Position numbers and translations under genes: made by a program. The notes under the pieces are model-generated. The model was not told where the DNA came from, made no database searches, and saw only the letters and a list, made by a program, of their open reading frames with translations. Shown piece by piece: positions 61,601 through 64,000 of a DNA stretch of 64,000 nucleotides (the first letter of the stretch is position 1; every line of letters begins with the position of its first letter). Source of the stretch: Candidatus Oxydemutatoraceae bacterium (GTDB taxonomy: Bacteria > Pseudomonadota > Gammaproteobacteria > Poriferisulfidales > Oxydemutatoraceae); NCBI GenBank assembly GCA_965220085.1, contig CBDCOZ010000003.1:1408001-1472000 (forward strand). The letters are read 5' to 3'.

Positions 61601-64000
61601 GTAGAGACCGGCGTAAGCGGTCGGCGCTTGCAATTCGCGCGTTGTGACGGGGGCGACCTTGTCATTCCTCGGATTGCCGCTATCGGCGTAACGGCCGATG
61701 CTCGCATCGGCGTCGGATAGGTTCCGGTCCCAATAGCTGCTGCCGGTAATATTTTGAGCGGCGCTTTGAATGACGCCGATAAGGCCGCCGATACGCCCTC
61801 CGCCATCCGCAACGACCGCTCTGGAATAACCGTATCGGACCGTCACATCGGCGTTTATGCGGCCAAATAGTCCGCCCGCAACGGCTGCCGCCGGCACATT
61901 GATGCGACCGCTGCCATATGCATGCTGCGCAGTGATCTCGAAACCAATGTCACAATCGCCGGCCAGACCGCCGACATATTCGGTTTCGTGTTCCGACGGG
62001 GAAAACTCAAGGGCGGCATAGCTGGTTCTGATATTGCAACCGGCATCCCGAGAGCGACCGACCAAACCGCCGACATGCTCACCGCCGCTGACCTTGACAC
62101 GGGCAAAGCTGTTCCTGATTTGCGAAGCAGAATCCCTGCCTATTAAGCCGCCGACGCTGCTATCTGTCGATGCGTTGATTGTGCCAGTTACACCGACGTT
62201 ACTGATAATTGCCGGCTCATCCCAGACACGACCGAACAAACCGTAATATGAGAGATCATCGGGGTTGTCGTCGGCGCGGTTGATATGGAGGTTGCGAATT
62301 TCAAAACCGTTGCCGTCGAAGGGCGCTCGCAAATAACGTTGACGGTCGCCGATTGGCATCCAGCCGACGCCGCCTTCGTGCCGGCTCCAGCCGCGGTCGG
62401 GGCGACCGCCGGCGTAGCTTGTGCCGTCGTCAAAGTCCAAATCCTTGGCCAGCTCGTAGCCGAAGCAGTCGTCGGCGCAACCCATGTTGTCGGCGGCATT
62501 CGGAAATGTCATCATGACAACCGTCGTGCTCGCTCGACTGATTCCATCGCCGTCCGGATCCCAACGTATTAAATCCAGTTGATCCAGATTGCTGATTTCG
62601 ATCAGATTGTCGTCGTCGCGGTCGTAATCGATCGGTTCTACGTAGTCGGTCGTGATCTCATAACGTTGCGTCGTCGTCCTGTCTGCGGCGGTGACCGTTA
62701 TCGTAATGACGTTCGCCGCGCCGTCGCTCAGGCCGCTGACTCGATAGACGCTGCGGTTCGCGATAATCGCGGTACCCGTGGCCGCGATCTCGGCGACCGT
62801 CGCGACGGTCGTCGGGCTGGTCGCGGAGATACCCGTGACTGCCACTGTCGCGTTGCTGTCCGCGACCTCCGCCGTGACCTCAATGGCGGTGGTACCGGCA
62901 AGCACTTCGGCGGTATAACCGATGACTTCGGGGTCAAAACGCGGTTGCAAAACGCCGCGCGACAAGCGCAAGTATCTCAGGCGGGCATCGTTGTTGGGGA
63001 AGCGTACGGTCGCACGCGCCGCCTCGCCGCCGTCGATGACCGCTGCGATGCCGTAGGTGTATGCCGTACCGGCGATCGCACCCGTGTCGCTATATGTCGT
63101 CTCCGTTATGCCGCTGGCTATGGCTGTCGGGTTCGCCGCATCGCTGATGCGATAAATCGTATACGAGACCACCGGTGAAGGTGTCCAGTGCGATATGTCC
63201 GGTGCGGTCCAACTCAGCAGGTTTGATGTGCCGGTATCGGTCACTGTCACATCGGTCGGGCCGGTGCGCAACTGATGACCGAATTCCTGCCAGCTTGTTA
63301 CCGCGCTGTTGTCGAAATCCACTTTCAGTACCGGGTATTCGCCGGTGATGCCGAAATCCCAGTAGTCGTTGCCGTCGGCATCCCAGTCGGCATAGATGCC
63401 GCCGTAGCCGGTCGGCAATTGGAGCGCGGCGCTCGTCAGGCCGACGGCGGAACCTTCGCTACCGCCGGCTATATTGGATGTTCGGGTATCCCAATACACG
63501 GCGGTCAATGTGGCATCGTTTTGAGCCGCGACCAAACCACTGTAAACACCCGCCTGACCTACCAAGGCAGTCGCATAAGCATATTGAAGCCCGACAGTGC
63601 CCGCATAACCGATGAGGCCGCCCAGACGCCCTTTGATACTGGCGTTCTCATCTCCCACATAGACATGACCGGTCGCATAAACATGTTCCACAGTGTTGTC
63701 ATCGCCGACATCCCCGGTGCGGCCAATGAGGCCGCCGAGTTCAAAATTACCGGGTATATTGCCCGTCGCATAACTCGTACGAACAGTGCCGCCCTCATCC
63801 ACGCTTCCGACCAAAGAGCCGATCCTCCGGTTGCCTCGTACTGTCACCGCCGACCAACTCTTCTCAACCGTCGCGCCGGTCAGGGAGCCGACCAGACCGC
63901 CCATACTGTCACTGTTGCTTACAATGCTACCGGTAGGGATAACACCGCGCATCTCACCTGTCACCGCAATGTTTGATACCGTAGCACCGGCTCCGACAAC
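34649..64000 (-). CDS. Giant multidomain adhesin-like surface protein (>9,783 aa; 5' end outside window): GLUG-type modules, cadherin, FN3, cadherin-like beta-sandwich and He_PIG/CADG-type Ig domains
   Basis: The ORF track gives 9,771 aa and the frame stays open to 64000 (VVGAGATVSNIAVTG...). Motifs include cadherin PD(F/Y)ExPxDxDxDNxY, FN3 WxxP..YxVxY..YxxRVRAxNxxGxxxWS and He_PIG-like LPxWLxFDxxxRxFxG. Confidence 0.95.
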   Translation of the reverse strand, partial: VVGAGATVSNIAVTGEMRGVIPTGSIVSNSDSMGGLVGSLTGATVEKSWSAVTVRGNRRIGSLVGSVDEGGTVRTSYATGNIPGNFELGGLIGRTGDVGDDNTVEHVYATGHVYVGDENASIKGRLGGLIGYAGTVGLQYAYATALVGQAGVYSGLVAAQNDATLTAVYWDTRTSNIAGGSEGSAVGLTSAALQLPTGYGGIYADWDADGNDYWDFGITGEYPVLKVDFDNSAVTSWQEFGHQLRTGPTDVTVTDTGTSNLLSWTAPDISHWTPSPVVSYTIYRISDAANPTAIASGITETTYSDTGAIAGTAYTYGIAAVIDGGEAARATVRFPNNDARLRYLRLSRGVLQPRFDPEVIGYTAEVLAGTTAIEVTAEVADSNATVAVTGISATSPTTVATVAEIAATGTAIIANRSVYRVSGLSDGAANVITITVTAADRTTTQRYEITTDYVEPIDYDRDDDNLIEISNLDQLDLIRWDPDGDGISRASTTVVMMTFPNAADNMGCADDCFGYELAKDLDFDDGTSYAGGRPDRGWSRHEGGVGWMPIGDRQRYLRAPFDGNGFEIRNLHINRADDNPDDLSYYGLFGRVWDEPAIISNVGVTGTINASTDSSVGGLIGRDSASQIRNSFARVKVSGGEHVGGLVGRSRDAGCNIRTSYAALEFSPSEHETEYVGGLAGDCDIGFEITAQHAYGSGRINVPAAAVAGGLFGRINADVTVRYGYSRAVVADGGGRIGGLIGVIQSAAQNITGSSYWDRNLSDADASIGRYADSGNPRNDKVAPVTTRELQAPTAYAGLYADWDDDGATDYWDFGDSDEYPVLKIDFDGDNEASWEEFGYQLRALPELTVSGFGNLRFLSWTAVDTSAWTPPPAISYRAYRGLPRTGMASMLPLATAVEALSHIDTAASADTHVYQIAVLIDGIEVGASARVEFPPRQGDYDRDDDGLIEIGNLEQLDAIRYDPDGDGMVASTAAATYALAFPDAIAGMGCVGGCDGYELTGDLDFEDATDYASGSISASPLLADGETRVQWEPLSGGADGITAVFNGNGHTIYNLLIDGDFPRRGLFSRTGATTISNLGVTGEITDAGRNSGGVIGIADGTVIEDAYSAANIRASTDSVASLIGHMEGGELRRSYATGFAQADAGVVGRLVGRAAANAVIEHVYATGYVWAMAGAAGGLVGAIEDMTLRAAYATAQMFPAPEIGGIGGANSDSESAQFGAVYWDTDVGGADTAFGVGDFAGDSGAVSGKTSSELQTPTGYSGIYADWNEDANGNPADYWDFGDSGQYPALKTDFNNDGITSWQEFGYQLREGPVDAIATGRGSPRTLSWDAPDTSHWDPAPPVSYHVYRDGLLHKRDIPTTTANDVSSVVMDANYTYAIAAIINGAEVTRSTVQSPSDDATLSNLSVSAVTDLSVPAGTLHPAFDPSVMRYGLLLDTPPSGVTATEVTLTATASHPGARVSIGGAGLAIDGTRISELAYDGGEIRITVTPEHASADTRVYALATISRTVISGRNTLDYEENRDARIEQFTTGKAGVFTLSGTDAALFNINEDGELFFNDPPDHEMPLDADGNNDYVLMVIFNQGRLDEEMTAVSVDVTDQDPETPMRPDAPTAGAIEWDRAALSWDAPPSGDSAITDYDVQYRLLGASAWTEFAFASAATATTVTGLDPFAAYRFRVRAGNAAGEGPWSRPLGVTTSKYGELTLTGPATAEIAEGSAARPTQIGAYAVGNLIAQCGGADDVRLGLVADHLDAQFFAFDGGILTFPTSAADYERPADGDSDNVYRAVLRATADVCEADFPIAVTITDDIEPPAAPAAPTITVDSEVNLAVSWSAPANDGPVISDYDVQYRAATTADWTDWTHDGADLTATVVAPMFNTRYAARVRARNDEGDSEWSPATFATVAAYDLSVSGGMADPSVAEFSAASKPPFDLRFAVDNPDPRCVSVTFKLASADGAHFDIDPTSGAVDLPAALDHEMPLDADGDNDYEITAVAASSDGACRGEGSVVLTVTDVAEPPLKPRLRALTATASAIHALWRDPDNSAPPITGYEAEYRASAGTDWLSWEHATTMRAATITGLETDTAYQVRVRASNDEGDSAWSEIADVRTQTATGPTAPNLIPARTLLLADSETLDITPYFEHPQGSALTHSARSEDEDVATASIVANSRVIITPIAAGETYIELTVNDGDTDLIHLIDVTVAPNLMISGDADVTADEGSAAFRAVYAANKDGVSWSLGGADENDFELDARGILRFVSAPDFEAPADADSNNVYEVTIMAESAAPAQTAMHQVGVTVIDINEAPAMPSVGDQLALAGSDFEYVFGAATDPDAGNTVSYAATLTDDSNLPAWLSFDSAARAFAGAPPIAHRGDDFNIKVIASDDATPPLSSPPATFVLRVRQDYDGDDDGLIDIGFLEQLHAVRHDTDGDGNVAAGDQDAYASAFPGAAPGMGCPADSGCVGYELIADLDFEDAAAYASGDISTSPLLSPGATAVNWTPLGDSADDMFAATFDGGGHTIYNLYLERAGHQRALFGQTAGATISNLGVTGSVTASGIDVDDAAGLVGRANNTTIDGVYSAVEVSGGRLRASPLVGIMVDGGVVRRSYSTGGASVGQEPAGIVGAIGGNTIAEHVYATGYIGDGGDGRAGGLFGWIGPSTIRYAYATALIASAATERGGVAGHNAAQTTAVNAVYWDTDTSAVDAAYGGIAGSVEAVGPVAKTSAELQTPTGYDGIYADWDANDSAGNATDYWDFGRPDQYPALRVDFDGDGTTTWEEFGYQLREGPRNLTAVGSDTTRVLTWEAPTTSHWPDAPPTIAYAVYRDGAAIAAAANMTDTTYADTVTANADHSYHVAAIVNGGEATRSVTSSPSADTSLRALSFDRGLMLPEFYPGIRSYAVGLDADVTAVEITAAALHPAATIAFDGMTADGAALTLSGSAGTRSITGLATAGNTARVTVTPEKAGADSGVYTIALVFRSVFSGDRTADYDENGTAAVAQYATDARVDGWSLGGVDGALFAISTGGEVTFDTPPNFESPGDADGNNTYELTVILNEGRADSTSATVTVTVLDVNPEPPNRVSAPTAEAIGWDRVALSWDAPPDDDGQATATAYGIERQALGASGWVGAGLSAGPTATVTGLDPLTEYRFRVRGINAQGEGPWSQPVRAQTLRYPSLTLDGPTTAMVAEADTGAAMDIGTYAVGNFIAQCDDVTISLVEEYDHGFFAFDAATGVLRFPSSPLNYEQPGNFVGDNIYRAQLRASSQACEPAETIVAVTLADSAEPPAAPVVSLLRAAANASLRAEWTAASPNGGPPVNDYDVQYRAVGAAEWTDWTHVGAGLMTEINASLRFNARHEVRVRAANDEGAGAWSPARAVRTPVRRLALEGDQALTAIESTTEGFMRNRFFVNPPAPCTDIIFGLAGADAGHFTIDPQSGVLGTHLPEFDYEAPLDADGDNTYDVIITFASSDNSCRGAHNFPVTIRDRDEPPSAPAAPQVSPASESGIYVLWREPANKGPALGAYDVQYRNSADTQWIDGPSPATPSAVIAGLEPDTEYQARARARNAEGRSAWSEEGNGRTQTAGGVVLVSPAPAQSLYVGGPEVALDVAQYFMRSTGSLSFAATSDDDDIATAEIMSTSTLSIAPVAAGETYARLTASAGGGELTHAVAVTVRPALAVVGATTRTTAENNDAFAAAYATTAEGATFSLTGDDAAAFVIDAARGILGFAAAPDFENPTDSDNDNVYRVTVTATADGMSAALEAAVTVTNANDAPPPPIIADRDILTEEAFEHVFDEAVDADGDTVSYMASLTNDDNLPTWMTFDAAARAFGGTPPATAAGDIHIKVIATDDAVPPLSSETRFVLRLRHDYDTDDDGLLEITRLEQLNAIRWDRNGDGNVASDDEADYLAPHAFIGHRSDSCPSNNCMGYELMRDLDFNDPDSYGSGTTNTEWTSGEGWSPLGATADKLTATFVGNGHTIYNLHISRDADNLSLFGHTGTDMNISKLGITGSVTATGASNDNIGGLVGMTQDDTVIEEVYSAVSVRTEGEYASPLAGRMTDDNSVLRSYASGNASAGRSPGGIVGFANGGAGSHFVLIYHSYATGHMGAAGDRRAGGLLGEVDTASVRYSYSTAQIDAAAIERGGIAGLNVPTQTVEWRAIYWDRDTSAIADANAHFGSGPLESAGGVASRTTTELQTPTGYAGIYQTWNVDGDGNPADYWDFGDSGQYPALKVDFNDDGKVSWQEFGYQLRAGPVNAVAVGAGTTRTLSWEPPDVSHWDALSASDLRYSVYRDGRPLPGGIDIAERTYRDDTATADAEHTYRIAALVNGGEAVRSLALSPSDNVTLSGLVFSPGVLAPAFDSETRRYSLVLEAGVTEVTVNAEPLHPAAPITISGTDNDGAALEIGGANNDIVRGLTSGQSNAIVISVASEKAGAATSEYEVETIYRVGIIGDSQPRYPENRTAEVARYGSPGKTGAWTIAGADSARFAIAANGGLSFNEPPNFEAPQDDNGDNAYELTVVFNAGELDEASLAVTVTVTDESPEPPQAVTGLRATDIGPNQAELEWTMPPDDGGDVTVTGYDVQYRRGGASAWTDFDHSGTATTATVTGLELFAAYEFRVRGASGAGAGAWSQILAVMTTKLALQVSGAATIALSEADAVANAGIGAYAVVDPPAQCGDAPLRLSGADAALFRVDAGTLRLSSRLDYERPTDADANNAYRLTVVAATSACEGALAVSVTITDAIGERPAAPPAPTVMPNHAEGSLLVSWTEPTNHGPTIGDYDLEYRAAGSADWIDWAIASTLTTTVPNLQFNARYEVRIRASNGDGLGDWSESGSGLIEQYVLQLGGAAAITLIESDAFVAQSYGVTNPDDRCLPISFGLSGEDAARFVIDPQSGELNAATQPDYETPRDADANNVYRFVVDAAASDGACAGSLAVSVTVENDAAEAPDAPAAPRLATATDDSLYVLWRKPSGATSPIVDYDVEYRLATDTDWSDLPHSGLATTATIAGLEPDTEYQARVRAVSESNSDWSPAANGRTQVTGGIMTTALIPRQFLHVGGPAATLDVTPYFAHSTASLSFAVLSEDDAIATATISSDTGMLRISPQAEGDVYVGLMVGGADQTTLAHPVDVRVSPELLISGAAAAAVAENTVDTGEAYAATVAGARFTLGGADASSFEIDASGALPLRFVTAPDFEAPADADSDNVYRVTIMAASTMPAQSAELAVEVMVTDANDAPSAPTVSEQAAFVGLDFEYAFAAPDDPDGDTLSYAALLDDGSSLPSWLSFGVIGQTPAFSGVPQAANSGDDIVIRVVVSDDGTPPLTSEATFALKVRRDHDSDDDGLLEVHTLEQLSAMRLDPNGDGVYDSAAGGSNDYIEAFSDSDDVANRGCPSACVGYELMRDLDFNDDDSYGDLDNKSAWTIGAGWTGIGSNSSRFSTTFDGNGHTIYNLYVNRVANLQGLFGVVGSDGVISNLGVTGSVSLGGSSERVGGIAGELAGGTIEKSYSSVMTEGNKLVGSLLGINERGLLQLSYATGNVEANSEAGGLSGGVHYNQTGSRVEHAYATGFVNPTRGGAMKWGGGLIGYLGRVQLKYAYSVALVHPAANLSGGLGGENPGQGAAFDAVYWNTETSGKTNATGGGSGAGITARTSAELRAPTSYAGIYADWNPNDDDGNPTDYWDFGSATEYPALKIDFDGDGAASWQEFGYQVRSAPAVTINGTGGVRTLTWTAVDAGRWDAARQPTVTYAIYRDGAPLVDSVTGLTYADTTAVAGAAYDYQVGAIIDGGTAAISRESASPNDDATLAALSSPAGELSPAFDPTVSAYGMRVSNNLLRVTIVPTPTDADASVVLTAVAADGVTTLPVSGNTVSGLQAGDNTVTITVTAEDGTTTQVYAVAVTRLARIAGTQATTINYPENSEAVVDTYSVEGMTGTWSLAGADSNQLSINSAGELTFNAPPDFENPRSALGNNLYRITVVFDTDRGEADIIIIVTDVMNETPSQPAPPTFADETAASVTANWRLPPGSVAGDITGYGLEYRLAGASDWIDAGHAGTAPTLTVSNLEINSAYEFRVRASNDDGFGPWSMAARAMTLKRTLNLSGSNVADTVAEGMSATPAPVGAYGVTGDTAGCGAITLSLAAGMDSAWFALSADGALSFPSAALDYERPADADGDNNYRATLNANSDNCRGSLVVTVALSDDLEPPLAPAALALTARAGELDVRWTAPANDGRPDIIRYDVEYRLQDAADWSDSEHSATTRVTTIADLMFDALYDVRVRAANDEGMSDWSAPASARTLKYVFQFDGNFALTSAEGVIPPAQTYGIANPDARCGDTRLTLGGDDIPYFALTAATATGIVTHTGPLPNYEAPADANADNAYELTLTASNDADTCGATEAITLTIEDTDEAPPTPQAPRVLGATAATAVLVMWRLPVNDGPQISDRIAASEAEFRLAGDANWTPHNLSADNAVDVTPASPHAGGVVVTEISGLSADAEYEARVRLTNAEGSSDWSPVGRGRSQLTTATVAVGLAIPSQLLAANGADLDLDAEPYFARGPGSATLTFAAESEDTNIATAASSGSAVTLTPIAEGETYVRVTGGAPDSPELARLLSVTVLPELMIAGPAQADVAENTTATGLRYAASPADVVWSLAGDDQARFVIDRRGVLSFADAPDYEAPADSDTDNIYEIILQAAAAAQTTATLAARLTVTDVNEPPALAALADQTAVVGKTFAYEIPAALDPEGDTVEYAARLGDDSVLPAWLVFDDATRTLRGVPPLTAAGDATVKVVASDGALRSEATFALTISVDYDFDGDGLIEVAVLEQLNAMRWDLDGDGKPAAGAQAHYAEAFPAALADDMGCPTGSGCVGYELTRNLDFNDPADYGGAAANMSGWTSGEGWERIGRISSDADSFSAVFDGNGHTIYNLHINRSDVGVDGYGLFGSIANEIRNLGITGALTFSGAGQNFGALSGRTACAEGAVIAPPTAIKRVYSLASISHTTGFSQLSRVGGLVGWHCAGPINHSYTAARVGFNQGVGGIVGVSEATSAVIKGRLNHVYSAGRIQGRGRAIGGLIGRAVLLTEVRSAYSRAIVFSDASPLVRTGGFIGWDQNLSDSNVFENGNYWDIDVSGMTVALSDNPGIVGQTTAELQLPTDYAGIYAEWNREADGNSDSWDFGSAQQYPALKIDFDGNSEATWQEFGYQLREKVPGIAVVGAGTTRTLSWGPADTSAWNSPPAITYAVYRDQTLVTTVTDKTSFTDTGATASAQYEYSVSAGAYGGHSVHSDVVVSPSNNANAVAVSIAAPATALTPAFDSAVFEYAATVAMETEAVTLAAEFEHPNATARLRGTAATGDALQVDNLTVSGLALGVNTIVLSALAEDAMTTTVYTLRITRESQISGDARRLYPENTSAAVATYGTSGGTGTWSVSGSDSALFNIEQDGTLFFNDSPDYETPADANTDNIYNVRVVFTPASGTAQELNVLVVVSDTDEPPLPPSAPTVTSDSPSSIVINWGAPINTGRPPLTGYDVEYSDGIATTATANTDNNTLELAVSTNIKAGTTYRARVRAKNDEGAGGWSGFGEGRTQQIALDISGLTAFTTTETNTVVGTLYAVTGYSAACGSGDIEFSAHGIDGGLFNVIEVMHASPGTTVALQFVDAPNYEVPLDSGGDNTYDVTIRAANPSGGCVGTLPVEITVDDVIERPTTATAPMVTAASSDSLLARWEPPLNEGPPITHYDVQYRQSTPSEWIPLSTTPTEPSVIINQDTISSGTLAENTSYQARVRANSDEGIGGWSPPGTGRTAETDALRVTQLLPDLDLLLGAVPAPIVLDDYFETGATGGLTFGASSDDSAVATAVVNVNDRLIVTAVAVGTASIRVTAEDADDRVAEQSFDVTVSEPFVLSEANGLSAVNVAENTVATGLVFSVPESFTADLMLTGADASAFAINNDGELSFVTAPDFEAPVDADGDNTYELTVTAESRTDAQEDDETVTVTVTNVNEAPAASDEPERVLVAGHPVSFAIAAATDPEGSALTYAATTLPDWLTFAADTRTFAGDSQAGDIGVTSIIVTVSDDGTPPQSAQINISLRLVAGHDTDGDRLIEVTTLEQLDAIRHDLDGDGEADRADDAASYEAAFPDITAIGDVCAAAGCSGYELTRSLNFETAADYASGAVNSAWAQSGGGEGWLPIASTGTFAATFEGNGNVISDLYISRGAQDDVGLFGNINAASELRNIGVEGHVEGNRNTGALVGVSAGRLSAAYAAATVTGNTYSGGLVGSNAGSVTVGYALGAVAGRGGNIGGLAGYSAGGQVSYSYASSFVNARFSYAGGLIGYLGSTTAVRYSYASSAVTGNTSSPMAVNRDAGGFVGFLFGGSNITHSYWDSGAAGLDASAGSPVGSVSGVTGHSGDILRQPTAYELIYEPWDDDGIDVWDFGSAQQYPALKADFDNDNTATWQEFGLQLREAPTLVVVGSGASRALTWSTSPANSARATNLSYAVYRDGESIASGQTPAAPGDSEATYADSGATDGAAHNYQVAVVADGFERIRSAQFASPDSRATLADLSLDSGRLEPAFDSDTAEYVAQVGVTEANITAVTTAEGATVRILKDEVEIIGARVTLSVGVSKVTVEVTSEDGANTREYVINVISLPELIPADQMAEIAENSTGTIGQRYDFAGSAASFEIVSWSLEGEDARFFALTELDRIALQQPQDYETPQDADDNGVYELTVVAVLRDTLERLEAGRTFEVRLSATVTITNAAEPPDAPGSVAAQPSGDGTLLVTWTEPDTADRPNVSGYAVEYRRSGESDWRLHGAGMAGAPAIIANLVAGAGYDVRVRADNSEGEGKWSAPTQTRTDNFALTVDGAASSTATENMRTIAADAYRIGAHSASLCGDIGFSLGGVDRRLFEIDAASGRLMFADAPDFERPQDEGADGTHEIMIMAADSNGGCSGELAVTVTLVDDDTEAPGTPAAPTVAGAGPTEVEVRWNAPENQGPAIDDYDVEYRNSTDTNWTEWPHTGAGENARITGLTADTEYAARVRATNAEGTGDWSDAGTGQTLSARAPRFGTLLEDVRILQGGSETISIADSFTDPTNNGLTYSVASASTDVVSATLEGTDMARLEAHQQSTAAVVITVTATNQDGETGRQQFEVSIVNILRVDGPRAITVAENTADTGIFYATPGIDGATFGIAGTDSAVFGIDANSGRLSLAGDGLNFEAEGRAPVYEVIVTATSQDPAQSAELNVTLTVTDVNEAPQLPALSPISVTANTEMLDYQIPPAVDPDAGDTEETLAYSAALPGGGILEGTWVTFDPETRTFGGRPDDDDVGDTEIVVTVTDSGGLTDTDAFIIEVSEDERVAPTTPTFASSTATQNTITVTWPAPFDGGADITGYELQYCLASDCDEANDWMPVTLSANLALTATIAGLTIETAYKARVRAANVRGVSAWSAELPVATQPAIRLVITGDQAPEVPTTDTAVGRYQYHVSGMNPGDPVPAECSDVEFHRIGLGAHNFKIDSDGNLSFTGSQPTPEFIVSPGQYMVRLGLANSGETCLTADEFPVTVTVADNRNPPSAPQNVTATPTATSIDVTWQIPAADPMRRVPARDYRLFICSGPDVATCDQDSDNAMMVEKRVTATKYTFGDLIPETAYGIGVQARGERGTGQESLYGDWAYVTTTTEVSADFMVIINDPLGNTPLDRVAVTPPETFVATVGLLNTGTCADDNFVFAVVNDDGEQENTLFAVKEQDGTFNLAFKAAPEPNQMHRVRVSATDGAQCESTSGTISIEVGGTAGIRLRLRIFLEGPLR
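35990..61183 (-). repeat. Super-repeats: four of ~4.38-4.40 kb and two shorter ones (~3.8 kb)
   Basis: Module starts at 61183, 56806, 52426, 48028, 43624 and 39781 (spacings 4377, 4380, 4398, 4404, 3843), with a further module start at 62629. Confidence 0.88.
47033..47702. repeat. 670-bp near-identical copy of 11050-11719
   Basis: Ungapped alignment by eye, about 24 mismatches. Confidence 0.92.

Noticed and set aside
34788-63976. Plus-strand ORFs up to ~640 aa overlapping the right giant gene
   Set aside because: Antisense shadows caused by high-GC codon bias.
34649-64000. Zmp/IgA1-type metalloprotease or RTX toxin identity
   Set aside because: No HExxH motif or GGxGxDxL nonapeptide repeats seen in the visible part; the N-terminus is outside the window.

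Overview
High-GC bacterial window, probably Gammaproteobacteria; a host-associated (e.g. sponge) symbiont is inferred from gene content only. About 80% is two giant, paralogous minus-strand surface-protein genes that both run off the window. The left gene (21462 to <1, >7,150 aa) is missing from the ORF track because it has no stop in the window. It encodes a Sec signal peptide, a eukaryote-like Cys-rich N-terminus and at least 15 tandem ~465-aa modules (DxDxDG cap, GLUG-type beta-helix, FN3-like domain). The right gene (>64000 to 34649, >9,780 aa) places the same module in ~1,460-aa super-repeats of cadherin, FN3 and Ig domains and ends in ...IRLRLRIFLEGPLR*. The modules are mosaic, and a 670-bp beta-helix core is ~96% identical between the two genes, which suggests recombinational exchange. 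Between the genes lie an NAD-linked Mo/W formate dehydrogenase operon (its beta subunit carries an in-frame array of palindromic repeats), a DUF1820-like gene, tRNA-Ser(GGA) and a low-GC restriction-modification island with no integrase. The island holds an MvaI/BcnI-type REase with a decayed MTase and LexA remnant, a beta-class MTase plus REase, a decayed duplicate of the first unit, and a HincII-type R-M system with a controller protein. All family assignments are from motif recognition, not database searches.
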